DNA of 64,000 nt from an uncultured Gammaproteobacteria bacterium (GTDB lineage Bacteria; Patescibacteriota; Microgenomatia; UBA12405): contig CAZICU010000001.1 in assembly GCA_964537905.1 (NCBI GenBank), forward strand, positions 15,046 through 79,045, given 5' to 3'. Every line of letters starts with the position of its first letter. The stretch's first letter is position 1. Both the position numbers and the translations under genes were made by a program. The notes under the pieces were generated by a model. That model saw nothing but the letters and a program-made list of their open reading frames with translations. It searched no databases and was not told the DNA's origin. Below, in pieces: positions 28,273-38,150 of the stretch.

Positions 28273-29301
28273 ATGAATGGCGAACCAAATGAGTCTCTTA
28301 TTGGTCAAGTGAATTTACCTCAAGAAAAACCAAAATTATTAATCACTATAGATAAAATTAACTTGACACCAAAATATGAAAGTTCAATTCCTCAAAATAT
28401 AACTACTGCCATCTTACAAAAAGAACAATTGCCAAATGAATTACCAATACTTGGTTCATCTATGATTGAAGATTTTATAATAAGTAAATTTAATCAAGGT
28501 ATTTCTAATCCCAACCAAATTGCTGAAAAATTTACTACCGAAAATATAATGGATAGTGTAAAAAAATATATTGAACAAGTAAAACTATATTCAGAAAAAC
28601 TAAATTGGGAAGAAATATTTTCTACTGATGATATGGAAGCGGTTAGAAAAAGTGTATGCCAAGAAATGAAAAATCTCGGGATGACAGATCAACAGATTAT
28701 GAAAATTCAATCATTAAATATAAATATTACAGAAAATATAGGGGTTTCAACTGCCGCACCTCAAGGCATTGAAAGTGTAGATATTAGTCGTCTTCAAGTG
28801 GTCAGGAGAGCAATTGATTATACACAAGTGTTTGGTAATACAATACCTATTGAACAAGTTATAAAAACAATAATGGGTACTACCATAGGTCATGAACTTG
28901 GACATAAAGTAGATCAATCTGCAAATCACGCAACTAATCGTATTTCGTCAGATATTAATTGGAAAAAGAATAATGAAAATCATGAAAATAGAAGTGAAAG
29001 ATTTGCTGAATATTGGGCTTTAGTTGCTGAAAATATTCCAACAGAAAAAATTAGACAACACGAATGGTTAATCCAAGTTAATAAAGTGGCTCAATTATGG
29101 GATGTAATTTATAAATACAATCAATCGCATGAAGATAAAGCAGATTTGATGGATATTTTTAGAAAAATTGATGGAAAAATTAATGATAGTGACGTTGCCG
29201 CTTTATTTGGTGCTAGAAAACAATTATATAATAATAATGAAGTTGAAAATTATGCATCACCTTATACAAGAGATATTGTGGCTATGTCAGTAAAACAATA
29301 A
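28273..29301 (+). CDS. Hypothetical protein with HExxH zincin-like motif
   Basis: IGHELGHKVD...SERFAEYWA; ATG 5 nt after TATAAT. Confidence 0.7.
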   Translation: MNGEPNESLIGQVNLPQEKPKLLITIDKINLTPKYESSIPQNITTAILQKEQLPNELPILGSSMIEDFIISKFNQGISNPNQIAEKFTTENIMDSVKKYIEQVKLYSEKLNWEEIFSTDDMEAVRKSVCQEMKNLGMTDQQIMKIQSLNINITENIGVSTAAPQGIESVDISRLQVVRRAIDYTQVFGNTIPIEQVIKTIMGTTIGHELGHKVDQSANHATNRISSDINWKKNNENHENRSERFAEYWALVAENIPTEKIRQHEWLIQVNKVAQLWDVIYKYNQSHEDKADLMDIFRKIDGKINDSDVAALFGARKQLYNNNEVENYASPYTRDIVAMSVKQ

Positions 29302-29334
29302 ATAAAATCGGTATTTACAAGCTTTTTTCTTATG

Positions 29335-29406
29335 CAGGCCCATGAGGATTCGAACCTCAAATGGAGATTTTGGAGATCCCAGTGATAACCATTTCACTAT
29401 GGGCCT
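29335..29406 (-). tRNA. tRNA-Trp (CCA)
   Basis: Reverse complement aggccca...gggat-ctccaaa-atctc...ttcgaat...tgggcct. Confidence 0.93.
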
Positions 29407-29421
29407 AAGTCAGATTGTTAA

Positions 29422-29465
29422 AATGATACCACTTGCCTACCGGCAGGCAGGTTTCACCACAGACC
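29422..29465 (-). pseudogene. tRNA 5'-fragment with a palindrome inserted in the D-loop
   Basis: Reverse complement ggtctgtggtgaaa[cctgcctgccggtaggcaag]tggtatcat resembles the 5' end of tRNA-Trp. Confidence 0.5.
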
Positions 29466-29508
29466 AAAATATATTTTTAGAGTATCGAATTCTACCTTAA
29501 TTTAATCC

Positions 29509-30129
29509 CTATTTCAAAGTCAAAATCTTTTTTATTCCTTCCAAAATATCATTCGGGTTTTCAGCTATAAAATCAGTCTTATTTTTCTCTAATCTCTCTT
29601 TTTCATGCATTCCCCAAATAACTCCAATTGCTTTTATCTTTGTCTCATGAGCCTCTTTTACATCACCCACACTATCAGTCACCAACAAAGTTTCTTGTGG
29701 TTTAATTTTATATTTATCCAAAATAATTTTAATTTTTTCTACTTTACTTGGATTAAAATTCTTTCCCAAAATTTCTGTAAAATATTTATCTAAATTATGT
29801 TTCTCTAAGAAAATTTTTATCGAATTTTCATCCGCCCCAGACACAATTATCAGTTTATAACCTTGTAAATCCAATTCTTTAATCACCCTATCTATACCCT
29901 CAACTGGCACTAATTGAACAATTTCTTCTCGATATCTTTCAAAATAATGTTCAAAATAAGAATTATCAATATTGTCTCGCAATTTTTTATCATAAACATT
30001 TCCATCACACCAATCTTGCATTTCTCCATAAGTAATATCTGACATATGTTCTTTGGTAATTTCCCACGACAATTGACAGCTATTTACTATCACCCCATCA
30101 AAATCAAAAAGAATTATTTTATTATTCAT
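29509..30129 (-). CDS. HAD-family hydrolase (phosphoglycolate phosphatase-like)
   Basis: LFDFDGVIVNS, VTDSVGDV, GVIWG; true start 30129 (the ORF-track extension is the tRNA). Confidence 0.9.
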   Translation of the reverse strand: MNNKIILFDFDGVIVNSCQLSWEITKEHMSDITYGEMQDWCDGNVYDKKLRDNIDNSYFEHYFERYREEIVQLVPVEGIDRVIKELDLQGYKLIIVSGADENSIKIFLEKHNLDKYFTEILGKNFNPSKVEKIKIILDKYKIKPQETLLVTDSVGDVKEAHETKIKAIGVIWGMHEKERLEKNKTDFIAENPNDILEGIKKILTLK

Positions 30130-30131
30130 TG

Positions 30132-30204
30132 TGGACCCAAGGGGACTCGAACCCCTGACCTTCCCCATGCCATGGGGACGCGCTACCAACTACGCTATGG
30201 GCCC
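30132..30204 (-). tRNA. tRNA-Ala (GGC)
   Basis: gggccca/tgggtcc with G3:U70, tcccc-atggcat-gggga. Confidence 0.95.
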
Positions 30205-30284
30205 AAAAGATTAGCAATTCTAGCAAATTTCTACCCCACATTCTACTGGTTTAATCATTAGCTATTGTGCTACCATAGCTTAAT

Positions 30285-31154
30285 ATGTCTATTCAAAAAG
30301 CTGTCATCACCGCCGCCGGTCGCGGCACTCGTTTTCTTCCCGTTGTCAAAATTTACCCCAAAGAACTTGTTCCTATTCTCGATAAACCTAATATTCAAAT
30401 TTTAGTCGAAGAAATTATCGGCGCCGGTATTAATAATATCTGTATTGTTCACCGTCCTGGTGAAAATTCTATCGAAAAATACTTTACTCCCGATCTTGAA
30501 TTAGAAAAATATCTTCAAGCCAACAATAAGATGGAATTTCTTCAAAGTCTTCAAAAAATCTGGGCTGAAGCCAAATTAGAATTTATCCCTCAAGATCCTA
30601 ATCTTCCTTACGGTAATGCCTCTCCAGCTTTAAGTGCCAAAGATTTTATCGGTACTGATGATTTTGCCTATGTTTTTGGCGATGATTTAATCGTTGAAAA
30701 CACTCCTGGGCAATATTTAGCCAAAATGATCACTACTTTTGAACAAAACCATGCCGATGTTGTCGTCTCAACTCAAGAAATGCCCACAGAAGAGATGAAG
30801 CGCTACGGTGCCGTCGTTCCCCACACTAATCCTTCGATTCCCAATCAAATCAGTGCCCTTTTAGAAAAACAAGATCCCCCACCATCCAATTTTGCCGTTC
30901 TTGGTCGATACGTCGTTTCCAATAAAATTATGACTGTTCTTCAAACCCAAGGTATTTCTAAAGACAACGAACTCTGGTGGGCTGATGCCGCCAACAGTTT
31001 AGCTAAAAGTGGAATCGCTATTAACGAACCTATAACCAACGGCATTTGGATGACCACTGGCGATCCTATTCGCTGGCTCAAAGCCAATATCGTCTTTGCC
31101 CTTAACGACCCTAAATACAAAGATGATCTTACCCAATTCATCAAAACTTTGTAA
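30285..31154 (+). CDS. galU: UTP-glucose-1-phosphate uridylyltransferase
   Basis: KAVITAAGRGTRFLP..K..PKELVPI.DKP, FGDD, GRY. Confidence 0.88.
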   Translation: MSIQKAVITAAGRGTRFLPVVKIYPKELVPILDKPNIQILVEEIIGAGINNICIVHRPGENSIEKYFTPDLELEKYLQANNKMEFLQSLQKIWAEAKLEFIPQDPNLPYGNASPALSAKDFIGTDDFAYVFGDDLIVENTPGQYLAKMITTFEQNHADVVVSTQEMPTEEMKRYGAVVPHTNPSIPNQISALLEKQDPPPSNFAVLGRYVVSNKIMTVLQTQGISKDNELWWADAANSLAKSGIAINEPITNGIWMTTGDPIRWLKANIVFALNDPKYKDDLTQFIKTL

Positions 31155-31589
31155 TCAGTAATTTTAGATTATTGATCTAATATTCACATTCTTATCGAAT
31201 AGTATTTAATTTGGTTTTAAAATAATTTTTGTATCCTATAACTTGACTTTTCTGATATTAAATGATACATTTCTCATATAATAATCATCTAGATTATTAG
31301 CAGGCGTCCAGTGAAAGCAGGCATTTGCGCTTACTTCCCCTCTTCGCCGTTCTTTAAAAATTCGTGATTTATTTGAAAAAGTTTGTAAAACAAAAATTTT
31401 CCTTCTTATAATATATGCCATCTTGGGCTTAAATCTTAAATCTTAAACCTAGAATGGCATATATTATAAATAAATATATAAGAAAGGAGGCTCAATTTTA
31501 ATTCCCTTTTTTCAGGAGGAATCTGAAAATCAGTTAAGTCCGGGTGTTACATAAGACGGTATAAACCGCCCACCCAGAAAGGAATAATC

Positions 31590-31799
31590 ATGGCAACAAA
31601 AGCAACCGCATTAGCCAAAATCGAAGAGGCAAAACAAGAGATCAATAATATCGAAGAAAAACCAATCGAAGAACAGGTTTTGGATTTAAATAATAAGATT
31701 GATTATCTTCAAAAACTTATCATTGCCGGAATCGTAATCGCATCAATCGGAATGATCGGCATATTCATTTTTCTCACAATAATCTACGTCATACTTTAA
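31590..31799 (+). CDS. Small coiled-coil protein with C-terminal TM
   Basis: AAAGGA SD, 69 aa. Confidence 0.7.
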   Translation: MATKATALAKIEEAKQEINNIEEKPIEEQVLDLNNKIDYLQKLIIAGIVIASIGMIGIFIFLTIIYVIL

Positions 31800-31817
31800 T
31801 TTAAGAAAGGAAAAAAC

Positions 31818-32381
31818 ATGAAAAAAAATTTTGTTGTCATCCTCATCCTTACAACAGCAATACTGTTGTTCAGTTGCGGTGTTAAAACCGAACGGACAAC
31901 CACCGAAACCGCCGCAACCACCGCAACCACCGAAACCGCCGCAACCGCAGCAATTAAGATCTCCGCACCTCCCCCCGAGATGATTGAACCCGCCGAACCA
32001 AAGTTAAATCTCAATGAACCACTTATTGGAACGTTAGACGACTTCGGGGTTTTGGTAACAAGAACAGTAAACTGTGCGGTCAGCGGCCAAGTCTTGGACC
32101 AGTCTTTAAACGAGGGCGAAATCATTGTTGGGAATTGCTTTGCAATTCACGACAACGGCTGGATCTCCCAAGAGGGTAATAATGTTTTCTATGTGATAGC
32201 CCCCAAGGGAGGGATCAGGGTTCGCGCAACTGTTTATGATGGAGTTTTCTTCATCATTGATGCTCATAAAATTACCCTGAACCAATCCATCGCCGCCATG
32301 ACATTGGTATTAAAGGAAGGATTCAACGCAACTAATATCCAATATCACCAACTCAAGGATTACGGCGATCCCGTTAAATAG
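31818..32381 (+). CDS. Putative lipoprotein with Thr/Ala linker
   Basis: MKK...LLFSC lipobox-like sequence; TTETAAT repeats; atypical base composition. Confidence 0.75.
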   Translation: MKKNFVVILILTTAILLFSCGVKTERTTTETAATTATTETAATAAIKISAPPPEMIEPAEPKLNLNEPLIGTLDDFGVLVTRTVNCAVSGQVLDQSLNEGEIIVGNCFAIHDNGWISQEGNNVFYVIAPKGGIRVRATVYDGVFFIIDAHKITLNQSIAAMTLVLKEGFNATNIQYHQLKDYGDPVK

Positions 32382-32568
32382 CAAATTTTCATCAAATAAC
32401 ATCACGGATAGGTGAAATAGAATGAAATCGAGTGATTGAATTATATTTTGACTTTATTGTCATCTTATAACCAAACCATTCTTTCTCATTGCTATTTCAC
32501 TCCCGTCTCCCGCCGTTGCGGGACTGATGAGCCCCGCTTACTGCTGGGCGAAACGGAAAACTAAAATT

Positions 32569-33441
32569 ATGAAAATTATTAAAAAACCATTAATTACTGT
32601 CTATATGCCAGTTTTTAATGCCGCCAAATTTCTTGATCAATCAATCCAAAGTATTCTTAATCAAACCTTTTCTGATTTTGAATTTATCATTATCGATGAC
32701 GCTTCTACCGATAATTCTTGGAAAATCATTAAATCTTATGCCAAAAAAGATTCTCGAATCATTGCTATTAAAAATCATATTAATTTAGGCGTTAGCTTAA
32801 CTTCTAATATTGCTATTTCCAAAGCCAAAGGTAAATTTTTAGCCCGTATGGACGCCGACGATATTTCTTTTACCGACAGATTAGAAAAACAAATTCAATT
32901 TTTAACCAAAAATAAGAAAGTTGTCGCTGTTGGTGGTCAATGTGTCGTTATTGATGAATTTAATAATGTTATTGGTGATAAAAACTTCCCTACTCAACCT
33001 AAAAAACTCAAAGAAATGATTTTCTGGGCTATCCCTATGCAACAACCATCTATAATGATTAATCTTGGTAAATTACCCAAAAATTTTGTTTGGTATACTC
33101 CAAATCAATCTTCTGCCGAAGAAGTTAATTTAATGTTTCGTTTTATGCTTTATGGTCAAATTTCTAATCTTGAATACAACTTACTTTTCTATCGTCATTT
33201 AAACGGCAGTCTATCTCACAAAAATCCTAAAGATACTTTCAAATTAACTCTTAAAAGTCGTTTGGACGCTATTAATTTAGGTTTTAAACCAAGTTTAAAA
33301 GCCGTTATTTTAAATCTAATGCAAATAATTATTATTGGATTAATTCCCAACAATTTAATTAATGAAATTTGGTACCATATTCGTGGTATCAAAAAGCCTA
33401 CCGGTCTTACTGTTGGTTCATTTGCTCAATCTCAGCTATAA
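32569..33441 (+). CDS. Glycosyltransferase family 2
   Basis: VYMPVFNA, IIDDASTD, ARMDADDIS. Confidence 0.92.
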   Translation: MKIIKKPLITVYMPVFNAAKFLDQSIQSILNQTFSDFEFIIIDDASTDNSWKIIKSYAKKDSRIIAIKNHINLGVSLTSNIAISKAKGKFLARMDADDISFTDRLEKQIQFLTKNKKVVAVGGQCVVIDEFNNVIGDKNFPTQPKKLKEMIFWAIPMQQPSIMINLGKLPKNFVWYTPNQSSAEEVNLMFRFMLYGQISNLEYNLLFYRHLNGSLSHKNPKDTFKLTLKSRLDAINLGFKPSLKAVILNLMQIIIIGLIPNNLINEIWYHIRGIKKPTGLTVGSFAQSQL

Positions 33442-33449
33442 TTTGACTA

Positions 33450-36044
33450 GTGAAACTCTTTTTTAAAAAAAATTTTTATCCATTAGCTTTAGGTCTAATT
33501 GTTTCTTTTCTTTGTTGGCGCAACTTTACCCCCAATACTTTTTTAACCGGATGGGACAATCTCATGCCCGAATTAAATATTTGGCTCAATCTTAAACGCT
33601 CATTCTTTGCAGTTTGGCAAAACTATCAAGGTCTCGGTTTAGTTGGCGGTATGGCTCATAGCACTGATTTAATTCGTCAACTCATTATTCTGCCTTTCAC
33701 TTTTATCCTTCCTCTTAATCTTGTTCGATACCTTTGGCATTTTGCCATGATTTTTTTAGGTACTTTTGGCGTCTATTTTGGTCTTTCAAAAATCATCAAA
33801 TTAAAACCATCTTCTTCATTCATTGCCGCTCTTTTTTACCTTCTCAGTTTTGGTTCAGTTCAAAATTTTTGGGTTCCGCTAGAAACATTTTCCTGTTTTT
33901 GGGGATTTTTTCCTTGGCTTATTTTTTCTCTTTTAGATTATCTAAAAAATCCTACAACTTCTAAGCTTAGTAAACTTTTAATTTTTAATTTACTCGCTAT
34001 CCCTAGTTTTTATGTCCAAACTGTTTTTATTGTTTATCTTTTAGTCTTATTTATTATTTTTATAATTTATCCCAAATCTTTTTTTACCCTTATCAAAATT
34101 GGACTGATTAATTCTTTTTGGCTTCTCCCACTTATCTATTTTCTTACCACTAATTTAAATGGACCAGCTAATGGATTTGGTAATCTTATGTCTAATGATG
34201 AAACTTTTTTAAGAAATTTTTATCGAGGCGGTATTTTAGATTTCCTTTTACTTCGAGGCTATTACTACGATTTTCCAAAAAATTACGGTTTTTTAATGAA
34301 TATTTGGCGTCAATTCTTTTCTTCCCCTATCCCAATCATCACTGGTATTCTTCTTGGTCTTTCAGCCATTAGTGGTTTTATTATTACTTCTATTAAGAAA
34401 AATAAGACTATTTTTGATAAATTTTTAATCGGTTTATTTTTACTTTCCGCTATTGCCTTACTTTCTCAAATTCCTCCATTTGCTCAAATTAACTATCTTC
34501 TTCGACAAATTCCTTTGATTAATCAAATATTTCGCTCCCCTTTTACCAAATTTATTACTCCAGCCGTTTTTGTTTTCTCTTGTTTAATTGCTAATTTAAT
34601 TGAAAAAATTTCTCTTAAATTTCAAAAATATATCTCCCTTTTAGCTTTTATTTCTATAATAATTTTTTCTTTTCCTAGTTTTAACGGTCATTATATTTCC
34701 CCTGACATGAGAAAAAATATTCCCCAAGAATATTTTGATCTAATCAATTTTTTTAAAATTCAAAATCCAAATGGACGTATTGCTAATTTACCTCAAGGCT
34801 CTTTTTGGGGTTGGACTAATTATCGTTTTGGTATTAGTGGTTCCGGATTTCTTTGGTATGGCATCGAACAACCAATTTTAGATCGAGCCTTTGATGTTTG
34901 GAACCTCAAAAACGAACAATATTATTGGGAGCTCAACACTGCTCTTCAAAAAGATAATTATTTAGAATTAAATAAAATTTTTGAAAAATATGCCATTCAA
35001 TACGTTATTTTTGATAATAATGTCTTTTTCCCTGATGAAAAAATTTACAACAACATCGCCATTACCACCAAAGAAAAATTAGATAATTTATCTTCACTTC
35101 AAAAAATTGCTGAATTTGGTCAAATCACTGTCTACCAGACTCCCTTTATTACTCAAAAATATTTTGTTAATAATCCAGTTTCTATCAATAAATTTAATTT
35201 TTATTATTCCGACCCAGCTTTCTCTAAATTTAATAACTATATCAATAGTCATCAAATTAACTATCACTTCCCTTTTGTTAATTTATTTACTAATCGTCTT
35301 CTTTCTGAGCAAGAATTTTCAGTTTCTAAAAATGAAAGTTCAATTATAATAAATTTTCAAAATCAAAACCTTAGTTTTAATCTCGATAATTCAGCTAATG
35401 CTGAATACAATATTGGTCTTCCAAATGAAAAAACATCTTTAACTGTTTACAATTTTCCCCAAGCAAAACTTAATCAAAATTATTTAGTTGAAGTTAATTA
35501 TAAATTTATTTCTGGGCTTCCCAGTCAAATTAGTGTTGTTTCCACTAATTATCGTCACAAATATTTTGATACCAAACTCAAAAAATCTACCACCGATACC
35601 ACTTCTTGGTTTATCATTCCAGCTCACGAAACTGAAGATTTCCAACCAGGAATTGATATTATTTTTAATAATTCTTATCTTTCAGAAATTCCCAGCCAAA
35701 ACCAAATAAATTTTGTTAAAATTTATCCTTTTGATTTAAATTCCTTAATAAACCAATATCAATTTCTTTCCCCACCTCAACCATCAACTTACATTTTTTA
35801 TCCTCAATCTTATTCTTCTGGTTGGCTCGCTTTCTACTTCGATGGCCTAAAACCAATTTTTCTCAAAAATCATGTTCTTGCCAACAACTGGGCCAATGCT
35901 TGGCTTGTCGGCCAAGACTACGAAGTTGTCGGCGGAGAATTACCAAAAATATATGTTCTCTTCTGGCCTCAAATTTTTCAATATATTGGTCTAATCATCA
36001 CCGCCACCACTCTGATTTTGGTTTTAAAAAAATCTAAAAAATAA
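33450..36044 (+). CDS. Large polytopic membrane protein, probable GT-C glycosyltransferase
   Basis: GWDNLMPE loop, ~12 TMs, FRSPFTKF, QSYSSGW...NNWANAW tail. Confidence 0.7.
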   Translation: MKLFFKKNFYPLALGLIVSFLCWRNFTPNTFLTGWDNLMPELNIWLNLKRSFFAVWQNYQGLGLVGGMAHSTDLIRQLIILPFTFILPLNLVRYLWHFAMIFLGTFGVYFGLSKIIKLKPSSSFIAALFYLLSFGSVQNFWVPLETFSCFWGFFPWLIFSLLDYLKNPTTSKLSKLLIFNLLAIPSFYVQTVFIVYLLVLFIIFIIYPKSFFTLIKIGLINSFWLLPLIYFLTTNLNGPANGFGNLMSNDETFLRNFYRGGILDFLLLRGYYYDFPKNYGFLMNIWRQFFSSPIPIITGILLGLSAISGFIITSIKKNKTIFDKFLIGLFLLSAIALLSQIPPFAQINYLLRQIPLINQIFRSPFTKFITPAVFVFSCLIANLIEKISLKFQKYISLLAFISIIIFSFPSFNGHYISPDMRKNIPQEYFDLINFFKIQNPNGRIANLPQGSFWGWTNYRFGISGSGFLWYGIEQPILDRAFDVWNLKNEQYYWELNTALQKDNYLELNKIFEKYAIQYVIFDNNVFFPDEKIYNNIAITTKEKLDNLSSLQKIAEFGQITVYQTPFITQKYFVNNPVSINKFNFYYSDPAFSKFNNYINSHQINYHFPFVNLFTNRLLSEQEFSVSKNESSIIINFQNQNLSFNLDNSANAEYNIGLPNEKTSLTVYNFPQAKLNQNYLVEVNYKFISGLPSQISVVSTNYRHKYFDTKLKKSTTDTTSWFIIPAHETEDFQPGIDIIFNNSYLSEIPSQNQINFVKIYPFDLNSLINQYQFLSPPQPSTYIFYPQSYSSGWLAFYFDGLKPIFLKNHVLANNWANAWLVGQDYEVVGGELPKIYVLFWPQIFQYIGLIITATTLILVLKKSKK

Positions 36045-36050
36045 TAAATA

Positions 36051-36220
36051 CGTCATTGCGATCCGCCAACTGGCGGAGAAGCAATCTCCACTCCACGTCA
36101 TTGCGATCCGCCAACTGGCGGAGAAGCAATCTCATTGAAATTGCCACATCGCTATTGTAACTGCTCCCCGCCATGACATAATTTATTTGTAGAGTGCAGG
36201 CATGCCTGCACTCTACAAAT
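36051..36220. repeat. Cluster of REP-like repeats between convergent genes
   Basis: Two 38-bp copies cgtcattgcgatccgccaactggcggagaagcaatctc (36051-36088, 36096-36133), degenerate inverted mate ~36138-36178, perfect 36-bp palindrome 36185-36220. Confidence 0.9.
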
Positions 36221-36239
36221 TGCTACTTATTACTAACTA

Positions 36240-37394
36240 CTAGCTATTTACTATCTTCACTATTCTCTCCCCTAATTCTTCAAATTCTTTTTCTTTCCAC
36301 CCCTTAGTCGTCATAGCTGGCGTTCCAATTCGAATTCCTGATGGTTTTAACGGGCTTCCTTGCTCATGTGGAATAGTATTAGCATTACACACAATCCCAT
36401 TGTCTTCTAATTTTATTGCCATTTCCTTACCTTTTTCTTTACCCATATCTACCACCATCAAATGATTTTCTGTACCAAACACTCTCAATCCATTTTTCTT
36501 TAAAGTTTCTGCCAATATTTGAGCATTTTTAACTACTTGTTTGGCATAATCTTTAAACTCTTGAGTATCTGCCTCGGCAAAAGCCACCGCTAAAGCCGCA
36601 ATATTATTTTCATGAGGCCCACCTTGCATCCCCGGAAACACTGCCTTGTCAATTTTTTCCGCCAATTTAAGGTCTTTTTCCAAGCCTTTTTTAGTTACTC
36701 CTATAAATGCTCCTCGTGGTCCTCGTAAACTTTTATGAGTCGTACTCATAATTAAATGAACATAAGGTACTGGACTGGGGTGAACTCCACCCACAATTAA
36801 GCCAATAATATGTGACACATCAGCTACCAACCAAGATCCCACTTTATCAGCAATTTCTCCAAATCTTTTAAAATCCAAAATCCACGGGTAAGCCGTTGTT
36901 CCCGCCATAATCATTTTAGGTTTTTCTGCCAGTACCAATTCTTCTAATTTGTCATAATCAATTCGCCCATCTTCTTCTACATTATACTGGACACTTTCAA
37001 AATATTTTCCCGAAAAAGTAATCTTTGGATGACCATGAGTCAAATGACCTCCAGCCGATAATTTAAGTCCACAAATTTTATCCCCTCTTTCCAGAAGCGC
37101 CATTTGAATGGCACTATTGGCTGGACTGCCAGAATATGGTTGGACATTTAAATGTTCTACTCCCAACAATTTTTTACCCCTATCAATGGCTAAATTTTCT
37201 ACTTCATCAATAAATTTATTTCCTTGATAATAGCGTCGACCTGAATAACCTTCGGCATATTTATTAGTCAAACAACTTCCCAAAGCCATTTTAACTTCTT
37301 CTGAAGCAAAATTTTCTGATGGAATCAAAGACACTACTGAATCTTGCCTTTCTTGTTCTTTTTGAATTAAATCTCTAATTTGTTTATCGATCAT
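36240..37394 (-). CDS. glyA: Serine hydroxymethyltransferase
   Basis: LIPSENF, NKYAEGY, GGHLTHG, TTHKSLRGPRG. Confidence 0.97.
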   Translation of the reverse strand: MIDKQIRDLIQKEQERQDSVVSLIPSENFASEEVKMALGSCLTNKYAEGYSGRRYYQGNKFIDEVENLAIDRGKKLLGVEHLNVQPYSGSPANSAIQMALLERGDKICGLKLSAGGHLTHGHPKITFSGKYFESVQYNVEEDGRIDYDKLEELVLAEKPKMIMAGTTAYPWILDFKRFGEIADKVGSWLVADVSHIIGLIVGGVHPSPVPYVHLIMSTTHKSLRGPRGAFIGVTKKGLEKDLKLAEKIDKAVFPGMQGGPHENNIAALAVAFAEADTQEFKDYAKQVVKNAQILAETLKKNGLRVFGTENHLMVVDMGKEKGKEMAIKLEDNGIVCNANTIPHEQGSPLKPSGIRIGTPAMTTKGWKEKEFEELGERIVKIVNS

Positions 37395-37460
37395 AAAACT
37401 CCTTTTTTAAAAAACTAACTCAAAACCAGCAATCTAAACTCTCTATATCATGAATTCATT

Positions 37461-38150
37461 TTACAACAAATTTCTTCTCTTTAATTCATTCCAAATAATC
37501 TGATTAATTTCTTCCATTGGAAGTAATTTATTATCTCGACAACAATCAATAATCACCCATCTTTCAGGTTCTTTATCTACCATTTTTTTATATTCCTTAG
37601 CTGTTTCCATTTGATGATTAAAATTTGCTTCAGCCTGATCCATTACTTCTTTTCCTGTATAATTTCTTTTGGCTTTTTTTAAAACATTTTCTCGACAAAT
37701 TTCTGGCTCTACTGACATTACTAATATCAAATCTGGTTTAATAATTCCCATTTGATTATAACCAGCTTCCCAAAGCCAATTAGCATATTCTTCTCTTTGG
37801 TTTTCTGGTTTTTTAGCAATTTGATGAACATTTGAAGTAAAATATCTGTTCGATACTACCATTTTTCCTTTTTTCAACGCTGGTCCAATTATTCTTTTAC
37901 TTCCATCAGTTTCATCCAACATATACGGCAAAACAGCTAAATAAGGGCTAATGGTAAATAACTCTCCAAACTCTCCAGTCAATAATCGACCCGCCTGTTT
38001 TCCCCAAAAACTTGTTTCATAGTGAGGATAATCATCAGTTACCACGTCAATTCCCTCTTTTTTTAATCTTTCTACCAGTAATTCTGTTTGTGTTCCTTTT
38101 CCAGAACCATCAATCCCCTCAAGAACAATAAATTTTCCTTTAGTTTTCAT
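37461..38150 (-). CDS. tmk: Thymidylate kinase
   Basis: FIVLEGIDGSGKGTQ, SNRYFTSN. Confidence 0.9.
   Translation of the reverse strand: MKTKGKFIVLEGIDGSGKGTQTELLVERLKKEGIDVVTDDYPHYETSFWGKQAGRLLTGEFGELFTISPYLAVLPYMLDETDGSKRIIGPALKKGKMVVSNRYFTSNVHQIAKKPENQREEYANWLWEAGYNQMGIIKPDLILVMSVEPEICRENVLKKAKRNYTGKEVMDQAEANFNHQMETAKEYKKMVDKEPERWVIIDCCRDNKLLPMEEINQIIWNELKRRNLL

Noticed and set aside
30130-30189. N-terminal extension of the HAD hydrolase
   Set aside because: This sequence is tRNA-Ala(GGC)
36051-36133. Mini-CRISPR (two 38-bp repeats)
   Set aside because: Only a 7-bp spacer and two copies; matches REP-like palindromic repeats
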